DNA from: Phallusia mammillata
Taxonomy: Eukaryota
Reading direction: 5' to 3'
NCBI GenBank assembly: GCA_965637545.1
Contig: OZ281497.1
Location: 28,830,001-28,894,000, forward strand
DNA length: 64,000 nt
Below the pieces are notes generated by a model. That model worked only from the letters and a program-made list of their open reading frames with translations. It was not told the origin of the DNA and ran no database searches. Positions 1-12,326 of this stretch are shown here, one piece after another (the stretch's first letter is position 1; each line of letters opens with the position of its first letter). The translations under genes were made by a program, and so were the position numbers.

Positions 1-136
1 ACAAAATATTTCAATACCGAGTACGAGTATTGATACCACATACCACTGAAATCGTTACCGTTGGTACCCGTCCCATCACTATTGGAAAGCACTGCCTTAA
101 GTAAATAGAACCAGCATTTTTTATGATTTTGTTCAG

Positions 137-3100
137 ATCTAAGCCATGCAGACAGTTTGGAGGTGGTTGCAATCCGAACCACTATATTGGTTTTGCTTCT
201 AATCCTCTCATTGGTTGGAAATGCTCTCGTTGTCCTCTCTGTTGCACAAGCAAGCAAGTCTCGTTTTAACCCATTCAATGCCTTTTTACTCAGCATGGCA
301 ATATATGGATTGCTTGAATGTGCACTTACTATGTCGCTGGCAATTGGTAAGTTGCTGAAATATGGTTTGGATATAGTTTGCTGGTAGTTTGTTATTTATT
401 AGCATATTGGATTCAGTGCATACACATATTAAAGTAGGTTGACCAGTACTAATACCTAAGCATGTTGCCAATGGTAGGCCACAATTTGGGATTAAGTATG
501 TAATTTGACATTAGATGTTAAACCATTGACACAGTTGCTGCTTTTCATGCAGGTTTCTCAGTTGAACGTAGATGGATGTTTGGTGAATTCCTCATTGGCT
601 TCAACGCTTCATTCATACAACTTCAGAACGTTGGTGTGATGCTTACTATAGCTTTCATGTCGATTGACAGGTCAGGCTTACTGCTGTTCGTGTGCGTTTT
701 CGACTTTAGTCAACCACATCACTGTGTATTTGGCTGACTAGTTAAACTGTAAAGGATGTGGTTGATCGCAACTGTATGATAAACATAAAGCCAAATATGG
801 CTCCAGAATTCAAAACTTTTTCACATTTTGCCAGATCGCAGAAAACTAGCATCAGGCACATTAATCAGTTTAAAAATATGTAATAATTAGACTCGCTTGC
901 CAGTACTTTTGAAATCCAAGTGTCTGTGCGGGTCGCACAAAATTTAATGAAGGGCCGCAGGTTGCCCACCCCTGCCTTAGGAACTTTTGTTTTAAATCTT
1001 GTATAATATCGTTTGTCCAATATTTCCAGGTACCTTGCAACCACACACACTTCAGATTACCACAGTTTGGCTAGCGTACACAAAGCTAACTACACTGTCC
1101 TCTATACATGGATTCATGCATTCCTATTTGCTGTTCCTCTGCTGTTCCAAAGTCAAATGATTGGAATCAGTGCTCGTGATTTTGTGGAGAGATGTTTATG
1201 TGGATTACAGGAGGGAACTACAGTTGCTTATACGTGAGTCAACTTTTTTTAATTAACATATTTAATCCATTGGTTCAAATAAAATATAGTCACAGGTAAA
1301 TGATAGTGTTTCGATGCCATGTTCTACGCATGCTATGTTGCTACACTTCTGTTTTGCGTAACTTACTGTTTGATTCTTCTGTACTGCTACCAAACAAAAG
1401 TTAAAATTAGACTTATGTATTTGGTATAGACTGGGGTTACACACAAGGTTTGGTAATCTGAGGGCATTTAATAAAGTTTTCAAAATTTCCTTTTTTAATA
1501 TTCCAGTTTTGATCATATTCTTTTATATTATCTAAGAAGCATTTCTCTTTCAGAGCCAGTATGATCATTTTATGTTTGTTTATTCCGATTCTACTTGTCA
1601 TTATGTTTCTGTCTATGGTGGCCAACAAAGCTATGAAGGAGAGAAATAAGTTGTCCTCAACAAATTCTTCGCAGTATGCCAACTACTTACTACAGGTATA
1701 TATAATGAACAACAGTAGAACTTTTAACACTGTATCTCTTATCAACAAACAGTATAAGGAAGTTGTATTGAGCTTATAGGAAGCAATTGAAATGAACAAT
1801 GGTTTTCATTGTCCCCAGGGGGGGGCACGGGTGTAGCCCACTAAAATCCTTTTCCTTTTTAACTGTATTTCCTGATTTAATTGACTATTTCCCATACTAT
1901 TTGTCTATATTGAGGTTTTTTATGATTACAGATTCTTGTTTATGCTATTCGACCTGTTTAAAGTTGAAATTAGTACCGAATTCCAACATGAGATTGTCAT
2001 TTACATTTTTTAAGGTGGCCACCGGTCCTACAGGGTGACTTAATGTCGGCCATGAGGTCGAAAAGTTACTTTTAGGGGGCAACGGTCCACGAAAGGTTAA
2101 GAACCACTGGCCTAGGGCCTATTCTGGTAAATTGCACCCAGTTTGCGTTGTTAATTACCTGCGGGTTTAGACAATCAAAAATGATAAAAATCACTGATTT
2201 CAACAATACTTTTGCAGGAGTCTGCAGTCCTTAAAGAGGCAAGATGTGGTCGTTATGTCACGATGCTCTTCATATTATACCTGATCTTCAAAATGCCTTA
2301 TCAGACGATCGACATATTAACCCAGCTCAGCGTTAGTTTTGCATACGAGCCTGCCAGCAACACTACTGTGGATTATAATACTGAAGGAGCCAAGTTTTAC
2401 TATCAGACCGTCTTGTCGTGGATGATGTTTTGCTTTTCTGCGCTCTACCCTGTCCTCACCTTCATATATTTTAATGAGCACTGGAGAAGATTGAGGAACT
2501 GTGTGCTGTGTGGTTCTGCTACTGTTTCCATCGCTAATAGTAAGTTCAGTTTTGTATTTGGATCAGCTGTAGGTAGAGGTTAGTGGTGTATATGTGTTAT
2601 TTGGCTGTTAAAATCCATACCAATTCACTTGCATAGCTCAGTTGGTAGACTACCAATTTGCAGTTAGCACACAATATATATATATTACAAACTCCTAATT
2701 TGATCTAACAGTTGTGGTTGTTCAAATATATTTATGGAAAAACTATATTTGTTTTTTTATCTTTTGTGTAAAGTAAGTTAAGGGTTATATATATGGTCCA
2801 CTAACTGAATTGGTCCACTAACTGAATAATTTACTGGCAATGAAAGCCTTGCATTTAATGCCAGCAATGCAGTTTAAAATTGGAACAAAAATAACCAACA
2901 CCTTGAAAAATATCTGTAGGTTGTGGTGTCTGCATTTCATGCAACTGGCAATAAACCAAACAGCCTGTGGTTTTCATGTAACCGTCAGTAACTTAAACAT
3001 TCCTAAAGTACATTGTTTTTCATTTGTTTGCAACTTGATACCGTTACCTCACACAGTGGCATGTTGATTACGTTGTGTTTGGGTGTCACATGTCATGAGT

Positions 3101-6100
3101 GGATGATAAACTGCCTTTTGAAGGGGCTGGAAGGTGTGAAATTTACCTGTTGACCTGCGTCTCACCTGCGTCATTTGTTAATTCCACTTCACTGTTGCAA
3201 AACCGGATACATTTGTTGTTTTAACTCATTATTGCTACAAATCTTTAGGTATGTTTTGATACAATGCTGGTCTGTTTGTTTATTCAAACTTTAGACCCCG
3301 TGTTTTTCAATGTTACTTATTTAGGGCCAATTGAGGCATTGTGTTTGTGTTTTGTCATTTCTGTTTTTCCAATTCAATGTTGGGTAACTTATTCAAACTG
3401 TATTTTTGAAGTTTTTTACTTTCCTTAGTTTAAGGAGACCATTTTGGAATTGTAAGGCATAATTGTACATAAATATTACTAAATTGGAGCAACATGATTT
3501 CAGTTGCCCAGGTTTAGATATTAAATACATAGTATATACAATACTGAAAACGACTGTATTTGTGACAAACAATGAAATATATATCTTGCAATTGCAATTA
3601 ATGTTCCAGCATCGAAAATATAAAAATTGTCAAGACACCAAGAAAAATGTTACATTGTTTGTTTAATTCAAAATAATCACTGGAAGTTTTAACTGTTTAT
3701 TAGTTGCTTTCTGGAAACCATATCTTTTCGCGATTTAATTTGTAAAAGTAACAGTTTGCTAATTTTCCATTGGGCACATACTCTTTCCACTGTGCCTGCT
3801 TATACAAACTTGATTTATTAGCGTTGTTTGATTAAGCAAATAATGTGGTTTACAATTGTGAAATCGATGTGACATAAAACCAAGGATAAAGTCCATGACA
3901 GGAACAAACAACTTTAAACTTGAATCAAACATGTTTCAACTTCTTATCTGTTCAGTCTTTTGTTGCTCAATTGTTTAATGTCTGATAAAGTAAGGATGTA
4001 GAACATATATATGGTTACAATGCCATTTTTACAATAATTACTCTGATATATTTCTATGTATATATATATATATATACTTAAGTCTTAAAATAAGAACGTG
4101 CATGCTGGGGGTACAAAGCTATCAAGCTCATATTGTTTTTGAGTAATTAGGATATAATTAAAACAATACTTGATCGCGTTAACCACATACAATTTGTAAC
4201 ATGAAGTGCAATTTGTTAACGCTAGTTGAATTGTTCTGAGTGCCATGTTCGCTTGTTTCAAGTTATCAACTATGGCACTTTTACAAACGAACAAACATGT
4301 TCAGAGGAAGCCACTTGAATGTCGTTGACGCAAAATTGGTTTAAGGCCCGATGCTTGTTACAAGTATTAGTTGTCAAGTAGCTATTGTTGAACAATGAAT
4401 ACTAGCAGAGTCATCGCTCGTGCAAACTGCTTATGTAATTGCTTTTACCAACTCAAAGATCACAATACTTTATCATTGTTTCCAATGAAGCTGTTTCATT
4501 TGTGTTCCTATTTGTCATACAAATGAAACTTTTTTTGTAACATATGTTATGTACACTTGTTGAATCATATTACTATGTTAAGTTTAGAAACTTCTATAAC
4601 TTTCAAATAAAACTGCTTTTGAGTGAAAATGTAGATGTGTTATTTAATATTGTCTCTTTTAATGGTAAGTTGATATCTGTAGCTAACTCAAATTATCAAC
4701 AGTTGCTTTGAAAGTTTGACAAAAAATGTCCATTTTATGCTACAATAATACTTGATCTTCGTAAAAGCTTTTTTGAATGTTGTTTTGAATGCACACTGCT
4801 AAACAGTTGGAGAAATATGTTCTTATTTTTTTGATTACATATATATATTAACAAATTAAGTAGCTGAGCTTTGTATAAGAAAGGGCCAATTTTTTTAGTC
4901 ACTTTGTTGTAGAAAAGCCTTTTGGTCAATATTTTCTTCATTCTCCCCTTCTGAAGAGTGACTCTTAATTAACTCTGCTCAGCCCCTAATCATAATGGCT
5001 CAACCACAAAAGACTGCCGACATGTAATTGTCTTCTTTGTAATGTAGGCCGGGGCAATGGAGCCACAAACCTTCGACAAATCAGACAAAAGCAACGGAGA
5101 CATCTCAAACAACAGCGACGTCTTGCTAACAGAAGCACCGACAATAGCAGGTGAACAATGACACCATATGATTAAAATTGTGTGTGTGTGTCATGTATGA
5201 CTAGTAAGTATTGCTTGTTGAAACATATGACATTTTGTGGTACTGTGTGCACAACATGCTGTGTGCAAATCTTTGAATCAAGAACAGCATTAGGAAATTC
5301 AACCTTCAAAAAACATTTTTTAATTTTTAATTACGGGCCCTTTCAGGCTGTTTCATAAACTTATTTTTTTCCTACTTCAACCTTTTTTACTCTTTCTCTT
5401 TTGACCGAAAAAATGTTTAAACTTCTTTAACCCACAGGCCCTCAAAGAACCTAATTGTTGGGTTATTGCTTAACTGTAAAAACACCATCCTGTGTTACCA
5501 AAACAATCAAGGTTTTGCAATCGTGCTTTAAACCTTGTTTCTGCTAGCGTTATGAAGTGCTCAGAAGTACAATAGTCTAATTATACAATTCAATTGTCAG
5601 TGTGTTTAGGAAAAGAAGCTGTATTTAGAAACTCGAACTTTTATTTAAAGTGTTTTTATTTTTCAGAACTCCCAAACATACCAAACACAGTGATGGCAAT
5701 GGTCATAAGAAGGCTCCCTCTAGTGTTTCATCAAACATTACAAGCGAAAAAGTGACCGTTAATGGCAGCACATCACAAGGAGGTGAAGGCGTTCTCTTCC
5801 GTGTCCCTGTGCTCTATGCTGCCACCGATGGCCTGCATCTCGTCGCTTCCCACAAAACACTTGGGGGCACCAAAGTGGAGCAACGAAAAAGGTGCAAAAA
5901 ATTTTATTGTACGGCTTTCGTCACAAAGTTAGACTTTATGTTTGGCATTCAAAGATGTTTAAATAAATTTGTAAAAGATGGTTACTGTTTGACTGTACTT
6001 AATTTGAAACTAATTACTTATGGGATATTAAAACATTCGACTAATTTGTCTCATGGAAAGTAATAAGCTAGTTTGTTTGGTGAAATAAATCATTACCACA

Positions 6101-7281
6101 ATGGCAACAAAATATTAACCTAATGGTTTAATTAAAAGTTTATTGTTTTCTTCCTTACGCATGCATATGTATATATATGTATATCACTTTTTGTTTCTCA
6201 CTTCAGAAAGAAAACAGGTTCTGATGAGGTGACAACCTGCAGCAGTGGTTCAGTTCCAGCTTTGAATCAAGCCCTCGATCAAACTGGCTCTACCAAGAAA
6301 AGTTTGGAACAAAGTGGAAAAGATTCACCCGGAGTTGATCAACAAGATGATGACCTTCGACCTTCGTCTGTCATTGACAAGCGAGTTGATGTCACCAGCT
6401 CACGAGACGGACTTAATGATTTGCACGATGAGGCTGTGTACATCACGTCAGACATGGATTTAGATGATGACACAGAGTCAGAACTAAATGAATCTGCCAA
6501 CAGTAGAACGCTAATATGGCCACATCATCGAAATTCATCTCCTTTAAAGTCTTCGTCAACTGCAACAGTCATTTCAGCTGCTTCACATGGTTCAAATCGC
6601 AAAACAGTGGTGAATGATACACGACAGTCTCAGCAACATCTCGATTCACTGGTCAGTGTGAGACAGAGTTTTCATTCAGATGAAGAAGATGGAAAAGATC
6701 TAAATGACTCTTCCTCCATCACACATCCACATACTCCCACTCCTCCTCCGGATGAGGAGCCAGCTTTGTTTGTTAAGTCAACATCTCACGGTGTTCAAGA
6801 TTCTGATAGTGATGACACAATAGTCGATAAAACGACTTCCAGAAAACTAACTGTGATGTCTCGAAGGTACAAATCGGTTGCCACGGCCGTTACTAAGCAA
6901 CTACGTCCTTTATCCCAAGGAGGAGGGGACTTCCTTCTGCGATCCAGGGATGCTGGAGATGAGGGGATTTCTAATCATGGATATGAGAGTCCATCAAAGT
7001 TGCAAAGCAAGAGCTCAGAGACTTTAAACAGGGACCATTTTACTAATGCTCACAGCAACAAAGTTCATCCAAATCGCGCAGCTGGTTACCGAAGCGCTTT
7101 CCGCTCTGCAGATGTCCTCCCTTCCTCATCATTGGACCGCTCAGTTTCGTGGGAACAAAAGAATGCAAGTGATTTAATTTTTATTGATCTTGATAAACCT
7201 GCAAGTCCATTGCCAAACACACCTCGATCAACTAACAATCAACCATCGATTGAAACTTTAAATTCACCAAAACAAAGATAG
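137..7281 (+). CDS. Class A (rhodopsin-like) orphan GPCR, 5'-incomplete, with a long Ser/Asp-rich C-terminal tail; weakly GPR161/GPR101-like
   Basis: Phase-consistent GT-AG exons 137-346, 553-670, 1030-1233, 1554-1695, 2218-2539, 5048-5150, 5667-5891, 6207-7281 (stop TAG 7279-7281). Motifs: TM1 LVGNALV, ECL1 RRWMFGE, TM3 IDR|Y split by an intron, TM4 LYTWIHAF, TM5 CLFIP, TM6 FKMPY, TM7 SALYPVL. The first exon in view starts in phase 1, so the start codon is upstream of the window. The GPR161 resemblance is from memory, not from a search. Confidence 0.88.
1797..2109. mobile_element. Degenerate hAT-type MITE remnant in GPCR intron
   Basis: Right end GGTTAAGAACCACTG (2095-2109) resembles the TIRs of other hAT MITEs in the window. 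The left end CAATGGTTTTCA is degenerate and no TSD is seen. Confidence 0.35.
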
Positions 7282-9869
7282 CGAAAAAAAAAATTTTTGT
7301 TTTTTAAAAGTGCTTTAAATTGGTGCCGATGTTTTGTAGTTTTTTATATCAGCATTGAACTTATGCATTTTGAACTTTCACTTTTAAGCCAATAATCTAT
7401 CTATACATATTTTTTGTGCCTTAATTTTGCACCATGATTAGCCATAAAGCTTAAATGCCTTAACCAAACTATTTGGCCTGTTTTTTCTGCCTTGCAACGT
7501 TAGTTTTGCAAATTGCACAAGATATAATTGCACAATCATTGCGTTTCAAGGTTAATTCTTTGCTTCAAAAACTGCATAAATTGTTTCTTTCCTTATTCCT
7601 TAACTGGATTTTGTCTGTGACATTTTTAATGGTTTGGTTTTCCTTGTTATTGTGTCCATATTGTCACCCATGGATATTTTTTCCATTTTATCCGGCATAA
7701 TCAAACACTTAACAACACTCCCACTTATTTTTTATCTAAAACTTTATTCATTTGAAAAAGAAACTTTTGGACCAAAACTACAAGCAAATGATAACATCTT
7801 GGTAAGAGCATTAGTTTCATGGAAAAATTTCCTGAACATATTAGGATTTCATATTTTTGTCCTTAAACTAATGCACCAAACAGCCCAGTAATTGAATTAA
7901 ATAAGCATACAATTTAAGTTTTGCATTTTAAAATGAACTCCACTTTGACATGAAAGTTAAATTTATCATTATAATCCCCCTTTTAATGTGGTTTATATTT
8001 TTCTAAAACCCCTAAACCAAAAGTGCAATATCTTTTCATATTTTGCCTATTTCGCTTTGCCTATTGTCATCCCATTGTTATTTGCACGCTATCACCATTG
8101 TCTGGTTCGAATGGCGCGCTCGCTTATATTTCCCGCTTTTTATCGGTGCTGGTTGGTTCGGGTGTGTGTGAAAAGGTGTGGTCTAAATGCGTGGGCCGAG
8201 AAACGCTTTGTCACTACTTTAAACCACTTCTGTCATAACTTCTTGTCAATTTTAACGGATTTTATGACAATATATTGTCTGTGTGTGGAATGAGGCGTCA
8301 CTGTGCTTGTTTACAGTACATGCATTTGATTGCAGGCGCTTTTAGCCACAGTGATATTATTATGTAAAGCTCGCTATCTTTTCTATTGGTCATAAAAACA
8401 GCGATTGTTGAAAAGTTAGCAGTTGAATGTATTTCATATATACAAGTGTGGCTAAATGACATTACACACATGAATTTGACTTTCTATGTTGAGAATGTAC
8501 ATGTGAAATAATCCGTTTTCGCGTTTTGAAAACATTTTTGGACGCAACCCTGGGTGGTTTTAGCTGGCGTCAGCTTCTATGTGAGGAATCGTATCATTTT
8601 CACTTCCCCATCCATAAAACTTACTCAGCATAACTTGACACGTTTGAACGCACATGTTCGCGTGTCGTCAGTGTGTTAAAGGTCATCACGCTATGCTCTG
8701 TTGACTGCAAACGACGTTAAAAACCTGAGCGTTTGTCAATTGAAAGCGGAGGTTTAAGTTCTAACTGTTCATCCTACCACCGCTTCGACAAATATATCTG
8801 TGCTGGAGTAACAAATGATAACAATAGCCGCATGTGTAGTTGCTCCTGTCCTAAGTAACTAGTGCCTTGCAATCGTTTTCACTCAAACAAGTGTTTACAA
8901 AAAAATACTGAAAAAAGTAACGATGTAGGTAGCACAAAAAAACTTAGACGTGTGATTAATGTGTGTTTTAATGATTCATCTGTTTTTGATTTAAAGAGCA
9001 CAACCACTGTAATTGCTAGTGTGTTGTAACTTTAAAAATACTGTATTACACAGATTTAAACCCCCAAAGTATAGTATCATCTTGTTATTGTTTGATAACT
9101 CTCAACAGATATTTTGGGAGGTTTATCGTTTTGCGCAAAAGCCATGATTTTCAAAAAATATAATTTGTTAGTTGTCACTTTGTCAAGTTTCCATTAATTT
9201 CACTCACCAACACTAGATTACACAACTAGCCATGCTGTACCTGCTATTCCACTGTTTTCGTCAATGCTATGTACACTTAACGTTATGTAAGTTAGTACAC
9301 AAATGGAATTTCGTACAATTGTTTCGCAACGTTTTGTTCAATCTTGTGTTAAATTACGATTTTTTTCTTCATTTCGATCTTTCATTGACAAACTCTTCAA
9401 TATTTTATGCGTTCCGCTGACGTCGACTTCAGTGTACCGCTGTTAACCATGTTCAAGATTGTTCCTGTCTCTTTTTGTGTTGTCTGTTTGCCTGTCTATC
9501 CTTCTGTCCGCTGCCTGCAGCTTCTTTCACAGTTTACAGCCATTTTCTACTCGCACTGTTTTATTGCACGATTTTCAATTTTGAACATTTTCTAGAATAA
9601 ATAACGTTCAAATATGTTGTCGTTTGTTCTAAATTTAAAGTTTTTTGCAACACATGACCAGAAAGCCGCGTTGAAAGTAATACATATTTGCAAACACAAA
9701 CATCAGGTTTAAATCGTTGGATCTCAACCTATTTGTAACAAGACTTTATGACAGAAACATTCCCGAAGATAATTTGACCAATCAAGTTTCAAATTTTCAC
9801 CAAGAAACACGAAATGATCACAAATTTTAACATAAAAAAGCGAATTTTGCCGTTAAAAAAGGGACAGGC

Positions 9870-10395
9870 CATAGCCTTAGGTTTTTTTTCAAAAATCGGG
9901 GTGAAATTTTCGATTCCGGTTTAAACCGGTTTGGAGGTTCGGTAGGAGGCAGAAACCGACTAAAACCAATTTGTAGCTGGAATATTACGGCGAAATCCCG
10001 CTCAAAACCGGATTTTTCTCCAATTTTTGACCCCCGCAAAATCTGAAAAACGGAAAAGCTATAGCCTTACGGTTTTTTCAAAAATCAGGTTATAATAATC
10101 GGTTTTCGATTCCGGTTTAAACCGGTTTGGACGTTCGGTAGGAGGCAGAAACCGGCAAAAACCACTTTGAAACTTGAATATTCCGGCGAAAACCCGCCCA
10201 AAACCGGATGTTTTCCAATTTTTTGACCCCCAAAATCTGAAAAACGGAAAGGCTATCCGCTTAGGTTTTTTTTCAAAAATCGGGTTATAATAATCGGTTT
10301 TCGATGTCGGTTTGAACCAATTTGGAGGTTCGGTAGGAGGCAGAAACCGGCTAAAACCAGCTTGAAACTTGCATATTCCGGCGAAAATATTCCGG
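9870..10395. repeat. Tandem repeat, ~195-bp unit, about 2.7 copies
   Basis: The anchor CGGTAGGAGGCAGAAACCG recurs at 9940, 10136 and 10331 (spacing 196 and 195). Units share TTTTCAAAAATC and GACCCCC..AAAATCTGAAAAACGGAAA, and two units contain the palindrome CCGGTTTAAACCGG. Confidence 0.9.
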
Positions 10396-10524
10396 AGGTT
10401 GGTCAGGAGGTAGAATGCGATTAAAATCAGTTTTTAACTTTAATATTTCGATAAATTCGCACCCAAATTGAAACTTTCGTCCATTTTGGAGGTCCATAAA
10501 ACCGACGAAACAAATAGGCTTCAC

Positions 10525-11324
10525 CCTTGGTTTCTTTAATTGTTGAACTCCTTCTCTTATTCCCCACTTCATGGAAGGTTTGGTTCCGTCATCTATTCTA
10601 CATCGGAGAATTAGAAACTTTACATGGAACTTGTTTGAGCGATTTTATTGTCTTTATATTACTTAACCTTGGCGACAGGACATTGTCTGTTGGTTTCCAG
10701 AACAATGTGTTGTTTGATACACCTTCACATAAAGATGTTGTTCAGTCGTTTTTAGACAATGAAAAAAGGGTCATTGGCATTTTCAATGTTTATTCAGGAC
10801 CGCGAGGACTGTCACGCATCACTTACGTTGGACTGCGTTGTTTTCCTTCCCGTATGGGCTGTAGAAACAAGATCAGTTTACACACAGAAAAAAAGGTGTT
10901 GAGGTAGACAATCTTTTGTTTTAGGAAAGCAACTTTTGACGCGTTTGGTTAAACAAAAAAAGTTGCAAAAATGTTTGTTATTCAGACCAGTGCTCTTCCG
11001 CCCTGATTGGCGACCCATAAGTAAAAAAGTGCTGCTTCATCTTTATATATAAAGTGACTCAAGCTAGCAGAGTTAAATTGGCAAAGAAGCATAATTGTAT
11101 AGGTTTAGCTTTCACGTCGTGGTATACTTCTTGTCAAGGTTAAAATACCACACGAATGAAGAAGTAACGTTTTTATGAAGTCACCTATAACGTTCACGTT
11201 CATAAGGGCGTATTGACAACATTATTTTACTATTGTGCACTCCATGTTTCGGGCAACAACCATAATCCCCCAAAAGTATTTCCTTTGGTCACAATGGTGG
11301 ATGGGAAGGCCGAGGTTTTAATCT
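10525..11324 (-). CDS. Putative small multi-exon gene (partial model, unknown product; possibly C4orf45/SPMIP2/DUF4562-like)
   Basis: Four GT-AG exons (11231-11324, 10827-10858, 10668-10722, 10525-10597) join in one open frame: IKTSAFPSTIVTKGNTFGGLWLLPETWSAQYPYGKENNAVQRVSNNTLFWKPTDNVLSPRIDDGTKPSMKWGIREGVQQLKKPR. Start and final exons could not be defined. The family resemblance is recalled and unverified. Confidence 0.45.
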
Positions 11325-11720
11325 CTGTAATAGTACAAAATAGCAAAAATATGCATAAAGGCATTACTGAAAGCGCTGCACTAGCCTTCTATGACCCATT
11401 TACAATGCCTCTGTGGCTGTGGGAACGTGTGTATCTGGGCGAAATATTCCGAATAAAAGTCAATCTTTCGAAAGACAGTGTACTGGCAAGACAATTGTTG
11501 TTTGTGCTGTTCCTCTTATTACAAGCAACTCAGACATGACGTACATTACTAAACACAGGATGTTATATTTTGTGGACACTATTCCGTTTAAAAGGTAGCA
11601 TGAAAAGGACTGTATTTCCTTCCAACGTCTAGAATTGCAATAACACAAACAAAGACAGAAGAGGAATTTTGCTGAAGCAGTCCTAAATAAATTTTCTGTT
11701 GACTACCATTTCATCAAAAG

Positions 11721-12046
11721 CAGTGATTTTCTTGCGGTGTTCCGCGAAAAACTAGTTATCCGTGACAGATCGTCAGGTGTTCCGCAAGAAATTTGTCAGT
11801 TTGACTAGCGTTGCATAAAACATCGGTCAAAAATCACTGGTTTTTCACAATGGGCGTACACAGCTTTTCTTTCATGAAAGTAATTGTTCACTTTCACCAG
11901 TTTGAATGCCTTACCGGGATTTGCTTTATTTGATATGTAATATTTAGACTCGTTGTGTAAAAATGAGATTGTGATTGTTTTGGTGTTCTGCAAGATTGTT
12001 TTAATGTATAAAGTGTTCCGTGGATCAAAAAGGTTAAGAAACACTG
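11721..12046. mobile_element. hAT-type MITE (326 bp) upstream of the NLR
   Basis: Ends CAGTGATTTTC and GGTTAAGAAACACTG. Flanks ATCAAAAG (11713-11720) and ATCTAAAG (12047-12054) form a 7/8 TSD. The internal motif GTGTTCCG occurs three times. Confidence 0.6.
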
Positions 12047-12326
12047 ATCTAAAGAGATTCAGTTTTTAACCCTAACTCGTAAAGATTTTTTAATTCGTGG
12101 TTACAGACATTAAGTTATAGAATTACCCCACCGTAGGCGTTTGGAACCGAATATTCACTCAACTAGCTGGTTAAGGGTGTTACAAAAAGATATATGAACC
12201 ACCGGTTTCAATAATTAATATCTTTGTTTCTTCACAGCCAATAGCGTTAACGAAACAGCAGTAGTAACTGACTGTAAAGCAGTTTTCGTGTTTCGTTGTT
12301 AAGCCATCCTCTGTACACAACAACAT

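Noticed and set aside
961-974. Isolated hAT-like TIR halves (961-974, about 28230, 33105, 36150, 62260, 62840)
   Set aside because: No partner TIR or TSD could be found, so boundaries are unsupported.
2631-2649. tRNA A-box-like GCATAGCTCAGTTGGTAGA
   Set aside because: No anticodon arm, T-arm or acceptor stem follows; at most a SINE head remnant and not a tRNA gene. The same applies to B-box-like fragments near 15290, 27570 and 35020.
2794-2827. 17-bp tandem duplication TGGTCCACTAACTGAAT, and similar micro-duplications near 51260 and 59470
   Set aside because: Only two copies with no spacers; ordinary slippage events and not a CRISPR or a regulatory array.
8613-8706. Possible minus-strand exon (STEHSVMTFNTLTTREHVRSNVSSYAE) with a GTAAGT donor
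   Set aside because: It could be a downstream exon of the 10.5-11.3 kb gene, but no phase-consistent chain or homology links it.
7473-9595. Short ORFs of 60-101 aa between the GPCR and the tandem repeat
   Set aside because: Low-complexity, F/L/C-rich translations typical of AT-rich non-coding DNA, with no motifs or consistent splice structure.
10351-10524. Read-through part of ORF 10351-10572
   Set aside because: It runs past a plausible donor at 10524 into AT-rich and tandem-repeat sequence, so it is treated as intronic.
10527-11598. Plus-strand ORFs of 126, 108 and 61 aa
   Set aside because: Best explained as antisense shadows of the minus-strand micro-exon model; no recognisable product.
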